Source: Methanofastidiosum sp.
Lineage (GTDB): Archaea > Methanobacteriota_B > Thermococci > Methanofastidiosales > Methanofastidiosaceae
Assembly (NCBI GenBank): GCA_013178285.1
Contig: JABLXD010000002.1
Span: forward strand, 66,122 to 130,121
Reading direction: 5' to 3'
DNA: 64,000 nucleotides
Each line of letters opens with the position of its first letter. The first letter of the stretch is position 1. Position numbers and translations under genes: made by a program. Shown one piece after another: positions 1-9,906 of the stretch. Under the pieces are notes generated by a model, which was not told where the DNA came from, did not search any database, and saw only the letters and a program-made list of their open reading frames with translations.

Positions 1-446
1 ATGTAACCCATTTTTTCTGAAATTTTGTGTAATTTTGTTCCGTAGAACAAGATACATATTGCTGTTGTCAGGGGTACAAATATCTGTTCCCAAATACTGG
101 GCCATCCTGCAACATATCCAAGCCCAGCTACACCAAGAATACTCATACCACTAGTCGCAGAAGAAACAATAAGTATGACAAAGAACCAAAATCCAAGACT
201 TCTGCCAGCTATAATGTAATCCGCACTATTCTTTACTTTTTTAGATGCCCAAGCACCTATAACAAGTATTATTAAGAAGTAGATTACAACTAGAGATGTC
301 GTCATTATTGATGCCATTATTTCTCCTCCTCCGGTTTGTATTTAAATCCCCAAAACAAAAGTAAAAGGGCTATTACTATCGGAACTATTAAAACAACATA
401 AAATGTTACTTCCGGTAGACCAAATATCATTTAATTCCTCCTATCT

Positions 447-1730
447 TCATAAATTCCTTTTATCTATTACTCGTTGTGCTTTACCTTGAGATCTAGGTAT
501 AGCTCCTTCTTCAACAAGTTTAACGTCTGCTTTTACTAAAAGAACACTTTTCAAGTCATCTTCAACTTTGTCTTTAAGTTGGATTAAGTCCTTCAGATTT
601 CCTGTGAAAAGGTCTTTTGTCACCTCTATCTCAATCGTCAAATTATCAAGAGGCCCTTTTCTTTCAACAATTATGGCATAATGCCCTTTAAAGGCTGAAT
701 TTTTCAAAATTACCTCCTCAATCTGACTCGGGAAAACGTTTACGCCCCTTATGATGAGCATATCGTCACTTCTGCCATGAAGCCTTTCAATTTTCCTAAA
801 TGGAAGGCCACAATTACATTTGTCTTCATAAACTTTAGAGATATCTCTTGTACGATATCTAAAGATTGGCATAGCTTCTTTCCATAGTGGAGTAAAAACT
901 AGCTCACCCCTTTCACCTTCGCCTACAAGTTCTCCTGTTTTTGGATCAATTACTTCCATTATGAAGCAATCTTCCCAAACGTGAAGACCATCTTTTTCTT
1001 TACATTCGACTGCTACACCAGGCCCGCATAGTTCAGAAAGTCCGTAATTATCGTAGGCATTAATATGAAATAACTCTTCAATTCTCTGCCTCATGCCTTC
1101 TCCCCAAGGTTCTCCGCCAAAAACGCCAATCTTTAGCTTAAGATCCTTTGTGGGGTCAATTCCCATTTCTTGAACTGTTTCCCCAAGATATATTGCATAT
1201 GAGGGGGTGCTTGTAAAGGAGGTTGTACCAAAATCACGCATTATTTCTATCTGTTTCTTGGTGTTACCAGATCCTGTTGGAATTACAGAAACGCCAAGCC
1301 TTTCAGCACCGTAATGAAAACCAAATCCTCCTGTAAAAAAGCCATAGTTGTAGATAATTTGCATAGAATCTTTTTTTGTTAGACCTGTCGTTGCTAGAAC
1401 TCTCGCCATCAAGTCAGACCAAGTATCAAGGTCATTTTTTGTGTAGTAAACAACAGTAGATTTTCCTGTAGTTCCAGAAGAAGCATGAAATCTTACTATT
1501 TCTTCCATTGGAACGGCCATAAGCCCAAAGGGGTAGTTGTCCCTTAGATCATTCTTTGTTGTGAACGGAAGTTTCTGAAGATCTTCGATATTCTTTATGT
1601 CGTCAGGTTTTAGATTGCACTTCTTCAAAGTATCCTTGAAAAATCGAGAGTTTTTCGAAGCGTACTCTACGCAATTTCTTAGTTTTTTATTCTGATATTC
1701 TATTATCTCCTCTCTGGATTTAAACTCCAA
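447..1730 (-). CDS. Adenylate-forming phenylacetate-CoA ligase family protein (PaaK / coenzyme F390 synthetase-like)
   Basis: 427 aa; AMP-binding-type motifs (SSGTTGKSTVVYYT, YGLSE, GEGERGELVFT) and overall PaaK-like architecture. Confidence 0.75.
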   Translation of the reverse strand: MEFKSREEIIEYQNKKLRNCVEYASKNSRFFKDTLKKCNLKPDDIKNIEDLQKLPFTTKNDLRDNYPFGLMAVPMEEIVRFHASSGTTGKSTVVYYTKNDLDTWSDLMARVLATTGLTKKDSMQIIYNYGFFTGGFGFHYGAERLGVSVIPTGSGNTKKQIEIMRDFGTTSFTSTPSYAIYLGETVQEMGIDPTKDLKLKIGVFGGEPWGEGMRQRIEELFHINAYDNYGLSELCGPGVAVECKEKDGLHVWEDCFIMEVIDPKTGELVGEGERGELVFTPLWKEAMPIFRYRTRDISKVYEDKCNCGLPFRKIERLHGRSDDMLIIRGVNVFPSQIEEVILKNSAFKGHYAIIVERKGPLDNLTIEIEVTKDLFTGNLKDLIQLKDKVEDDLKSVLLVKADVKLVEEGAIPRSQGKAQRVIDKRNL

Positions 1731-1744
1731 AAAAACACCCCGTT

Positions 1745-1772
1745 AAATTTCCCTAAGTTAGGGATAAATTTT
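1745..1772. promoter_or_regulatory. Near-perfect palindrome AAATTTCCCTAAGTTAGGGATAAATTTT ~27 nt upstream of the ligase start codon; candidate operator overlapping the promoter
   Basis: CCCTAA-G-TTAGGG inverted repeat flanked by AAATTT arms, read directly in sequence. Confidence 0.4.
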
Positions 1773-2021
1773 CACGAGGGAATTCAATAGCCATAATAAT
1801 AATAGCAATAAACTGTAGAGAGAGAGTTCTCAAAAAGAACATAAGTAGGTTCGTATAAATTCTCCCTCATTGAATCCCTCATAGTAAAAACAAATAGGAT
1901 ATTTATAAGGTTTTCTAATTTAACTGGATTTATTTGAATACTGTTCTATAAATCAAAAATCTAGTGATATTCTGATAAAAAATTAAGAAATTCATTTAAA
2001 GATAAGGGCATAATTAAAAAC

Positions 2022-2540
2022 ATGGATAAAAAGATTTTATTATTAATAATCAGTTGTATTAGTGCTGCTATTTTAACTTATTTTAATATTCCTTTTCAAT
2101 GGGGCAATCCAAATCTTGGAACTACACCTGTATCTATTATCTCACTTTTTACGCCTTTAGGAGGAGTTATAACTGCACTTGTCAAGGGCATTAGCTCAAC
2201 AATTTATACAGGTAGGGTGTATGTTGAAATGGCGGCAGGTATAGGCGATGCCATGATGGCTTTAGTTACATTTTATTTTGTGAAGAAAACTTCTAAAGAA
2301 AAAGCTGTGATAGTAGGTCAACTATCAAGATACATATTTACTTCAACTTTTGTTGCAATTTCAATTTCAATTTTTAGAGACAATAATATTGGTGAAATTC
2401 CATTAATCTGGTCCAATATGTTTCCCGCTATTACAATATCAATTATTGTAAATGTTGTTGCCACAGTATTATTTTTGAAACTTTTTGGAAATAAGATGGA
2501 TAATTTCATTTCTGGCGCTTATCAAAAAACATATATCTAA
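2022..2540 (+). CDS. Polytopic membrane protein, possible ECF-type transporter substrate-specific (S) component
   Basis: 172 aa, ~5-6 hydrophobic helices, small Gly/Ala-rich TM motifs typical of ECF S components; weak. Confidence 0.4.
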   Translation: MDKKILLLIISCISAAILTYFNIPFQWGNPNLGTTPVSIISLFTPLGGVITALVKGISSTIYTGRVYVEMAAGIGDAMMALVTFYFVKKTSKEKAVIVGQLSRYIFTSTFVAISISIFRDNNIGEIPLIWSNMFPAITISIIVNVVATVLFLKLFGNKMDNFISGAYQKTYI

Positions 2541-2558
2541 TAGTTTATTATTTATTTT

Positions 2559-3680
2559 ATGAAAGTAAATGAATTGGAACTTGAGAGATATCTTGCCAAG
2601 TATGAATTTATAGCACCATACCTTTTCTGTACCTCTGATTCGGAATCATTTGATATAAACGAATTATTGAACATGGATAAGGATTATCCAAAAAAGTTTA
2701 GCGAATTAAAATTAGGATATGTTGACCCCCAGGGAAGTAAATATTTTAGAGAAGAGATATCGACGCTTTATTCTAATATTTCAAGTGACGAAATAGTCAT
2801 TCTTTCTGGAGCGGCTGAAGGGATATTTGTAATAATGAATGTACTTCTAGAAAAAAATGACCATGTGATTGTTCAATGGCCTTGTTATCAGCCTTTATAT
2901 GAAATTCCAATTTCTATTGGGTGTGAAGTTACAAAATGGGAAATGAAAGAAGATAATAATTGGGAAACTGATATGGAGTTTCTTAGAAGGGACATAAAGA
3001 ATAATACAAAAATGATAGTTATCAATAATCCACATAATCCAACAGGATTTCTTTTCTCAAAAGATGCAATTGCAAAACTAGTTGATATTGCAAACCGTAA
3101 TAATATCTGGATTTTTTCCGACGAAGTATATAGATTTACCGAGTATGAAGAAAGTGACCAAATTCTAGCGATTGCAGATATTTATGATAAAGGCATTTCT
3201 CTTGGCGCGATGTCAAAAGTTTTCGGTTTAGGAGGTCTTAGAATTGGTTGGGCATCTGTTAGAAATAAAGAAGTTTTAAGAAAAATCGTCTCATTTAAAG
3301 ATTACACTACTATCTGTTGTAGCTCTCCAAGTGAAATGCTTTCAGCAATTGCAATAAGGAACAAAAACACAATAATTGAAAAGAATATGAAAATTATAAA
3401 AGACAATCTAAAGTTACTCGATGCATTTTTTGAAAAATACAAAGATCTATTTGAATGGGTAAGGCCTAAAGCCGGTGCAATAGGCTTTCCCAAAATAAAA
3501 TTTAATATGGATGTTAAAGATTTTTCAAATGATGTTTTGGAAAAAAAAGGTATTTTATTATTACCTGGATTTGTTTTTGGGGATTATAACAAAAATTTTA
3601 GGATAGGTTTTGGGAAGAAAAATACTAAAGAGATTCTAGATAAATTTGAAGAATATGTTATAGAAAATTTAATAAAATAA
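2559..3680 (+). CDS. PLP-dependent class I/II aminotransferase
   Basis: 373 aa; NPHNPTG motif, SDEVY, SKVFGLGGLRIGW (PLP-Lys region). Confidence 0.7.
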   Translation: MKVNELELERYLAKYEFIAPYLFCTSDSESFDINELLNMDKDYPKKFSELKLGYVDPQGSKYFREEISTLYSNISSDEIVILSGAAEGIFVIMNVLLEKNDHVIVQWPCYQPLYEIPISIGCEVTKWEMKEDNNWETDMEFLRRDIKNNTKMIVINNPHNPTGFLFSKDAIAKLVDIANRNNIWIFSDEVYRFTEYEESDQILAIADIYDKGISLGAMSKVFGLGGLRIGWASVRNKEVLRKIVSFKDYTTICCSSPSEMLSAIAIRNKNTIIEKNMKIIKDNLKLLDAFFEKYKDLFEWVRPKAGAIGFPKIKFNMDVKDFSNDVLEKKGILLLPGFVFGDYNKNFRIGFGKKNTKEILDKFEEYVIENLIK

Positions 3681-3691
3681 ATTAAAAAATA

Positions 3692-4090
3692 TTATTTTAT
3701 TTTTATTTCAAAAGACTTCTCATCAATTGGGGGAACGCTTTCCCAAGATCGGGAATATGTGAATTGTATATTAGTGTCCGCATTGGATCCAATTACCTTA
3801 AATTCGAATATTTCTGTTCCTCCACTTCCTATAAGCTGTGGTTCATCAGCTTTGTATGAAGTGTTGACCAATTCAATTAGATTTTCATCGAAATCTGCAT
3901 TCCATTGATATCCCGTAGTTGGATTAGAGGTAAGACTGATTTTGAATGTATCCCCTTTTTTTACAGTAATTGGTCCTTTTGTATCTTGGGTATATAGTTG
4001 CCCTTGATTTCCAAAGAATGCAAAATATGCAGCAATCCCAAGTAGGATAATAACTATTCCCGCGATGATTATTTTTTTGTTCTTTTCCAT
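3692..4090 (-). CDS. Membrane-anchored chagasin-family (I42) cysteine-protease inhibitor
   Basis: 132 aa; N-terminal TM anchor; NPTTGYQW motif and beta-rich Ig-like remainder characteristic of chagasin/I42. Confidence 0.6.
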   Translation of the reverse strand: MEKNKKIIIAGIVIILLGIAAYFAFFGNQGQLYTQDTKGPITVKKGDTFKISLTSNPTTGYQWNADFDENLIELVNTSYKADEPQLIGSGGTEIFEFKVIGSNADTNIQFTYSRSWESVPPIDEKSFEIKIK

Positions 4091-4213
4091 AGTATCACCT
4101 GCCTAGCAAATACTAGGATAAATGTATTTTTAAATATAGTGATATGGTTCAATATAGTTTGAAGTTTATTTAGTACCACTTATACAAACTTAAATACAAA
4201 CATAAATAATTTA

Positions 4214-6682
4214 TCATCTTCCAACAATATTTAATATCTCTTTTATTGTAGCTTTTCTTTGTTTTTCCTTACCATAAAGAGTAAATATTTTTTCTGTTGT
4301 TTCAAGAGTCCTTATTGCAGAATCTAGCCAATTGATTAAATCAGCGGAAAATATTTTTAATCCGTATTCTTTTCTAAATTCTTCACTAATCCTATGTGGC
4401 GATAATTTTGCTTTTCTTAAATCCAATAATCTTTTTCCAATTTCAATTTTTGGACATTTACAATATGGGGCATCTTTGCATCCACAGGAAAAGAATTCAG
4501 TTAGAAGATTAATCAAAACTTCTTCGCCATGTTTAGACAGTGCTTCCTTTCTGTTTTGGAAATAGATTTTCTCTAAAGTCGTCCCAGAAAAAAGAGAAGA
4601 GGAATCAATTTTTAGAACGGCTTGGAGTTTACTAGTTAGATATGTGTTTGGGAAAGGTAAAGTTTCAAAAATAATTTCCCTTACATCGTCTTTATTAAAC
4701 TTTTTTATGAATAGTGCATGAGATATTTTGAGAAAGTTTGATGAAACAATTCTGCCAAATTTAGTAATATTAACTTTATCCGCTTTTATTTCTATTAGTC
4801 CTTCTTTCTTTAAACTATCAATAAACAAATTATCGAAAGATGGGGCAAATCCCATTTCAAAATTTCTTTTTATTTCGCTAATAGACAAATTTGAAAATGT
4901 AGAGATAATAGAAAGTGTTCTCTCCAAAGAAATATCATTGTCATATTGGATATCGACCTTTTCAGATTTGTTATCTAAGAGGTAGAAACAATGCTCTTCT
5001 TCTGAAACTTCGCCATATTTCTCTTGTGGATCTATCAAAAGGTAAGCCTTACCTTTATCGTGAAAAGATGGTCTTCCTGCCCTTCCAATCATCTGCTGAA
5101 ATTCAAATATTTTAAGTGGTTCTATGCCCATTGAAAGAGTTTCAAATACTACTGCAGACGCTGGGAAATCAACACCTGCCGCAAGTGCGGCGGTAGTGAC
5201 TACAGTATCTAGCTTTCCTTTCCAAAATTTTGTTTCTATTTCTCTTCTCTCCTTAAAGGGGAGGCCAGAATGATAAGCAGCTGCGTTTATCCCTCTAGTC
5301 TTAAAGTGTTCAGCTAAGGAATGGCAATTTTTTCGTGAATTTGAAAAAACAATTACTTGTCCCTTATGGCCTTTAGAAGAAACTTCAGAATTCTCTTTCC
5401 TTATTATCCTAGAGATAATATGAAGTTTTCCGCCGTGGCCTGAACAAAAAATAACATGCCTCTCTAGGGGAACGGGCCTTTTATCATAACTCACTAGCTC
5501 CATTTTAAGTGTTTCAGAAAGATCTTTTGGATTTCCGACAGTCGCGGACAGCCCTATAAACTGTGCTTTTGGATACAACTTGTAAAGTCTAGAGATTAGA
5601 CTGTCTAATAGGGGCCCTCTTTCTTTATCTTGAAGCATATGAATTTCATCTATTACAACTGTTGAAACTCCATTAATTGTAAGACCAGACCTAAGTATTT
5701 GATCAATACCTTCGTATGTTCCAACTATTATGTCTGAATCTAGTGACCTATTGATATCTTTAGGATTCTCAGCTATTCTTGATAATCCCACCCTTAAAGA
5801 AACATTATTATTTGGATAATTATCTTTAAAATCTTCGTATTTCTGTAAAGAAAGTGAAACTAGAGGCGACAGATAAAGTAATTTATCGCCCTTTTTGTAT
5901 CTTGAAAAAAATGATAGCTCCCCTATCAAAGTTTTTCCTGAAGCAGTCTCACTCATTACGAGAAAATTACATCCCTTAAAAAGTCCATTTGCTATGGCTA
6001 TGGACTGAACTGGAGTAAGTTCATTAATACCTCTTGAGACAAATCTGTCTTTAACTTCAATAGGCATGTCGAGATCAGATATATTGATAATTTTAATGTC
6101 AAGAGGGGAAGCATCAATTTTGTCATACATTGTAATTGAAGAATCTTTTGTTGGATCAAACTTAGGATCAAAAACCATCAGGACTCTGTCAACATCAGAA
6201 TATCTTTTGAGTAGTTTCTCGGCAAGTTTTGTATCTTTTATTCCTTTATAGTTCAAATCTTTTGTAATTTCAGATTTTGCACACAATTCACATATTGGTT
6301 CAGAGCGATATGTGTAAGGGGTTCCTTTTGTATTTATTCTATTTTCAATTAGACAGAACCTACATATAGAAATAAAATCATATTTTGCGCCATATGAATT
6401 TATCATATTAGTAAATAAGTTCAGTATCTCTTCTGGAAAATGATCTTTTGAGATAAATAGTGTGTCGCTTCTTAGAAGTTTAAGCGATTCTTTAGGCATT
6501 AGTATTGTTTCTTTTTCATTCTCAATTTTTCTAAATTTTTTAGGAACAAATCTCTCTCCATCCTGGACAAGGATGAGAATATATTTTGAAATAATTTTTC
6601 CATTAAGATACTCTAAAATCTCAACTTCGTCTTTTTTCTTTTTGTTCCTAACAGCAATAAGCATTAAAGAAACCTTTTCCAC
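4214..6682 (-). CDS. SF2 Ski2/Hel308-like helicase with N-terminal Cys4 zinc ribbon (ASH-Ski2 type)
   Basis: 822 aa; Walker A SETASGKTL, DEIH box, SAT, helicase C motifs (QMIGRAGR); N-terminal CRFC...CELC and C-terminal CGC...CKCP cysteine clusters. Confidence 0.75.
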   Translation of the reverse strand: MEKVSLMLIAVRNKKKKDEVEILEYLNGKIISKYILILVQDGERFVPKKFRKIENEKETILMPKESLKLLRSDTLFISKDHFPEEILNLFTNMINSYGAKYDFISICRFCLIENRINTKGTPYTYRSEPICELCAKSEITKDLNYKGIKDTKLAEKLLKRYSDVDRVLMVFDPKFDPTKDSSITMYDKIDASPLDIKIINISDLDMPIEVKDRFVSRGINELTPVQSIAIANGLFKGCNFLVMSETASGKTLIGELSFFSRYKKGDKLLYLSPLVSLSLQKYEDFKDNYPNNNVSLRVGLSRIAENPKDINRSLDSDIIVGTYEGIDQILRSGLTINGVSTVVIDEIHMLQDKERGPLLDSLISRLYKLYPKAQFIGLSATVGNPKDLSETLKMELVSYDKRPVPLERHVIFCSGHGGKLHIISRIIRKENSEVSSKGHKGQVIVFSNSRKNCHSLAEHFKTRGINAAAYHSGLPFKERREIETKFWKGKLDTVVTTAALAAGVDFPASAVVFETLSMGIEPLKIFEFQQMIGRAGRPSFHDKGKAYLLIDPQEKYGEVSEEEHCFYLLDNKSEKVDIQYDNDISLERTLSIISTFSNLSISEIKRNFEMGFAPSFDNLFIDSLKKEGLIEIKADKVNITKFGRIVSSNFLKISHALFIKKFNKDDVREIIFETLPFPNTYLTSKLQAVLKIDSSSLFSGTTLEKIYFQNRKEALSKHGEEVLINLLTEFFSCGCKDAPYCKCPKIEIGKRLLDLRKAKLSPHRISEEFRKEYGLKIFSADLINWLDSAIRTLETTEKIFTLYGKEKQRKATIKEILNIVGR

Positions 6683-6725
6683 AATATTTATAAAATAACC
6701 TTTTTAATTAAATAAAGGTGTTCCT

Positions 6726-7160
6726 TTGAAGGTTCTTATAGCAGGCAATTTTGATGTCATTCACCCGGGCCATATCTATTTTTTAAACGAAGGGTCAAAA
6801 TTAGGAAAAGTTACTGTTGTAGTAGCCAGAGATGAAACTATAAAAAAATTCAAAGGTCGAGCACCGATATTTAATGAAAATGAACGCAAACTAATTCTTG
6901 AAAATCTTAAGATGGTTGAAAAAGTAATACTTGGAGATCAAAAAGATTTTTTTGCGCCAGTCTTATCCGAGAAGCCAGACATAATTTTTCTAGGGCCGGA
7001 TCAATACTCATCATGGATTGAGGAACGTATTAATAAAAGTGGCCTTAATACAAAAATAATGAGACTTGACAAAAGATTACCATATAGTTCAAGTGAACTT
7101 AAGAAGAGGTTTTTAAAGGTATACACATTAGATTCTATTAAGGAGACTAAAGACCCATAA
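6726..7160 (+). CDS. ribL: Archaeal FAD synthase (cytidylyltransferase-like nucleotidyltransferase)
   Basis: 144 aa; LIAGNFDVIHPGH (HxGH) motif, size and fold typical of RibL. Confidence 0.75.
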   Translation: MKVLIAGNFDVIHPGHIYFLNEGSKLGKVTVVVARDETIKKFKGRAPIFNENERKLILENLKMVEKVILGDQKDFFAPVLSEKPDIIFLGPDQYSSWIEERINKSGLNTKIMRLDKRLPYSSSELKKRFLKVYTLDSIKETKDP

Positions 7161-7177
7161 TTTCAAAGGATTTTCAC

Positions 7178-8179
7178 ATGTTCAAAGAAGTACCTCGTAT
7201 AGAAATAGATGAGATAGTTGATAAAGCATTTAAAAATGCTAAGAAAAAAGCCCTCTCTAGTAAAAAAAATATTAATGAGATGGTCAAAGAAAAAGAATCA
7301 ATTAGGGTGACCATTGCTGGTGAGAATTTAGCAGAGTCTCTCTATAAAGTTGTAGATAGATACCCTTCTTTTGATAGATTACCTCCTTTCACAAGAGAGT
7401 TAATAGACATTATTGTTGGTATCGATAAATTAAGGCACAATCTAGGCGCCGTTTCATTCGCAGTTAATACAATTAATTCAATAAAAATAGAGTATATAAA
7501 AAATATTAGAAGGTCGAAGTCATCTCAAGATGCATCATATCTACGAAAAGAGTGTTATGGCAGATACATATCAATCTTAAAGCAGATAGAAAAAAATCTT
7601 AAATTTCTAAATAATGCTAGAGACCGGTTAAAAAATCTTCCTTCTATTAATCCTGATTTATACACAGTTGTTATTGCAGGATTTCCAAATGTTGGTAAAT
7701 CTTCACTACTTAAAGCCCTTACAAACTCTGAACCTGAAATTAACTCATATCCATTTACAACAAAAGGGATAAATGTTTCCTCTTTTAATTATAATAAAAG
7801 AAAGATACAGGTTGTAGATACTCCTGGTTTATTAGATAGAGAACTAAGTTTTAGAAATCCAATCGAATTACAGGCCATATCTGCATTAAAGTATCTTGCA
7901 AAATTAATAGTATTTGTATTTGACCCTACAGAATCCTGTGGTTACAGTATGGAACAACAATTGAATTTGTACAATGAAATATCTGATAGTTTTATAGGCA
8001 TTCCTTTTATAAAAGTATTAAATAAAGCAGACTTAAAAGAGTGGGGATTTAAAGAAGGGATAGATGGAATAAAAATATCTGCTCAAGATGGTGCAAATAT
8101 AGACGAACTAAAAAAGAAGATAGAAGAAATACTTTTCAATTATTTTGAAGAAGAGGTTGATTATTTTGGAAAAAATTGA
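7178..8179 (+). CDS. NOG1-family GTP-binding protein
   Basis: 333 aa; G1 GFPNVGKSS, G3 DTPG, NKAD; N-terminal NOG1 helical domain. Confidence 0.8.
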   Translation: MFKEVPRIEIDEIVDKAFKNAKKKALSSKKNINEMVKEKESIRVTIAGENLAESLYKVVDRYPSFDRLPPFTRELIDIIVGIDKLRHNLGAVSFAVNTINSIKIEYIKNIRRSKSSQDASYLRKECYGRYISILKQIEKNLKFLNNARDRLKNLPSINPDLYTVVIAGFPNVGKSSLLKALTNSEPEINSYPFTTKGINVSSFNYNKRKIQVVDTPGLLDRELSFRNPIELQAISALKYLAKLIVFVFDPTESCGYSMEQQLNLYNEISDSFIGIPFIKVLNKADLKEWGFKEGIDGIKISAQDGANIDELKKKIEEILFNYFEEEVDYFGKN

Positions 8180-8654
8180 GGTAGACTCCAAAGGCATAAC
8201 AGGTTTTTTAAGAACTTTTAAACAGATAGTAGAAGATATTGATAAAGAAAAAGAAATCAAAAAAATTGTTTTTACCGGAAATAAGTTTACATGTACACCT
8301 TTTGTCGAACTTTTAACGTATGTTATTAGATCAATGAATAAAGAAATCTTATATGTACCTGCAATTAATCTAGATGAACCATACAAAGTGATTTTGTCTA
8401 ATGTTGATTGTGATTTTGTTAATGGTGGAGACCCCTTCAATCCTGACTTAGTAGTAATAATGGGAGGTCTTGCTATGAAAGGCGGCCCTGAAATCCAGTC
8501 AGTTGAAAAATTTTTGGAAAAAATAGGAAACAATAATAAAAAGATTATTGGTGTTTGTTTCATGGGTATTTTTGAAAAGTCAGGATGGTGTGATGTAATA
8601 CCATTTGATCATATGATTGATACATTTATGGACAGTTTGATATATAGGAGATAA
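8145..8654 (+). CDS. Hypothetical conserved protein (Cys-containing alpha/beta) immediately upstream of ycaO
   Basis: 169 aa; no recognised motif; 1-nt spacing to ycaO, overlaps 3' end of NOG1 gene (start may be later). Confidence 0.4.
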   Translation: MKKRLIILEKIEVDSKGITGFLRTFKQIVEDIDKEKEIKKIVFTGNKFTCTPFVELLTYVIRSMNKEILYVPAINLDEPYKVILSNVDCDFVNGGDPFNPDLVVIMGGLAMKGGPEIQSVEKFLEKIGNNNKKIIGVCFMGIFEKSGWCDVIPFDHMIDTFMDSLIYRR

Positions 8655-8655
8655 A

Positions 8656-9906
8656 ATGGAACTAAAAAGCTGTAAGAAACAATACATGAAAGATACTCAC
8701 AGAGCTATTCCTCCGGAAGACACTTTGAAGATTGTCAAAGAAAAACTTGAGATATGTGGCATTACAAGAGTTGCCGACATAACAGACCTAGATAGGCTTG
8801 GGATTCCCGTTTTTTCAGCAGTTAGACCAGATGCATCTTTGGGTTCTGTTTCAGTTTATAATGGAAAGGGCGTATCAAAAACTGAAGCAGAGGTATCTGC
8901 AATCATGGAAGGTATCGAAAGATATTCTTCTGAAGTTGATGAAGAGATGATCTTAGATTCTTCAGAATCTGAATTAAAGGGAAAAGTAAATTATTTATCC
9001 CCATATGAACTATCCCTGCCCGCCCAAGAAATGTATAATGATTATATCAAGATTGGATGGGTAAAAGGATATGACCTTATAAGAAAAGAGGAAATATATG
9101 TACCTGCAAATTCTGTATTTCACCCTTACCCTTTAAAAAGAGACTACCCTCTTTTTAGGACAAATACCAATGGATTGGCTTCTGGAAATACCTTAGAAGA
9201 GGCCATATTCCATGGATTGTGCGAAGTTATTGAAAGGGATGCATGGTCTCTTGTTGAAATGAAAAGAACTTTTCCAAAGGATCTTATAATTGAGATAAAT
9301 GATCCATTGCTTGAAGATTTCCTTAATAGATTTAAAGAAAACGAAATAGAAATTGTATTTAAAGATATTACTTCAGATATTAAAGTTCCTACAATTCTGG
9401 CTGCAATTGATGATTTGAAATTAAAGGACCCAACACTTATGGTAATGGGAATGGGAACCCATATAGATCCAAAAGTAGCATTATACCGTGCTATAACTGA
9501 AGCTGCTCAATCGAGATTAACTCAAATTCATGGGACAAGAGAAGATACCCAAAAAGCTGAAATGAAAAGAAGGATAGGGTATGACCGCATTAGAAGATTA
9601 AACTGGTATTACTTAAACAAATTTGGAATTGAGACAAAAACTTCAGAGTTTTTACTTAAAGCTTCAGATGATATCTTAGAGGATATTAATACATTGATAG
9701 ATGTTTTAACTAAAAATGGAGTAAAAAGGGCAATAGTTGTTGACCTTACAAGAAGTGAACTCGGAGTACCTGTAGTAAGAGTTCTTATTCCACAGCTTGA
9801 ACAGTATGGAATTGACAATTCAAGAATAGGCTCAAGAGGGCGGATGAGAGAAGTTGATAAAAATTATTATCTATTTGGGCCCAAGCCTTCCTCTAGAAGA
9901 GGCTAA
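8656..9906 (+). CDS. ycaO: YcaO-domain protein (TfuA-associated; thioamidation-type ATP-dependent amide activating enzyme)
   Basis: 416 aa; SNGLASGNTLEEAIFHGLCEVIERDA YcaO signature; partner TfuA directly downstream. Confidence 0.85.
   Translation: MELKSCKKQYMKDTHRAIPPEDTLKIVKEKLEICGITRVADITDLDRLGIPVFSAVRPDASLGSVSVYNGKGVSKTEAEVSAIMEGIERYSSEVDEEMILDSSESELKGKVNYLSPYELSLPAQEMYNDYIKIGWVKGYDLIRKEEIYVPANSVFHPYPLKRDYPLFRTNTNGLASGNTLEEAIFHGLCEVIERDAWSLVEMKRTFPKDLIIEINDPLLEDFLNRFKENEIEIVFKDITSDIKVPTILAAIDDLKLKDPTLMVMGMGTHIDPKVALYRAITEAAQSRLTQIHGTREDTQKAEMKRRIGYDRIRRLNWYYLNKFGIETKTSEFLLKASDDILEDINTLIDVLTKNGVKRAIVVDLTRSELGVPVVRVLIPQLEQYGIDNSRIGSRGRMREVDKNYYLFGPKPSSRRG

Noticed and set aside
2318-2509. 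63-aa antisense ORF inside the 2022-2540 membrane protein gene
   Set aside because: Fully embedded antisense to a longer ORF with clear TM periodicity; AT-rich genomes generate many such spurious frames.
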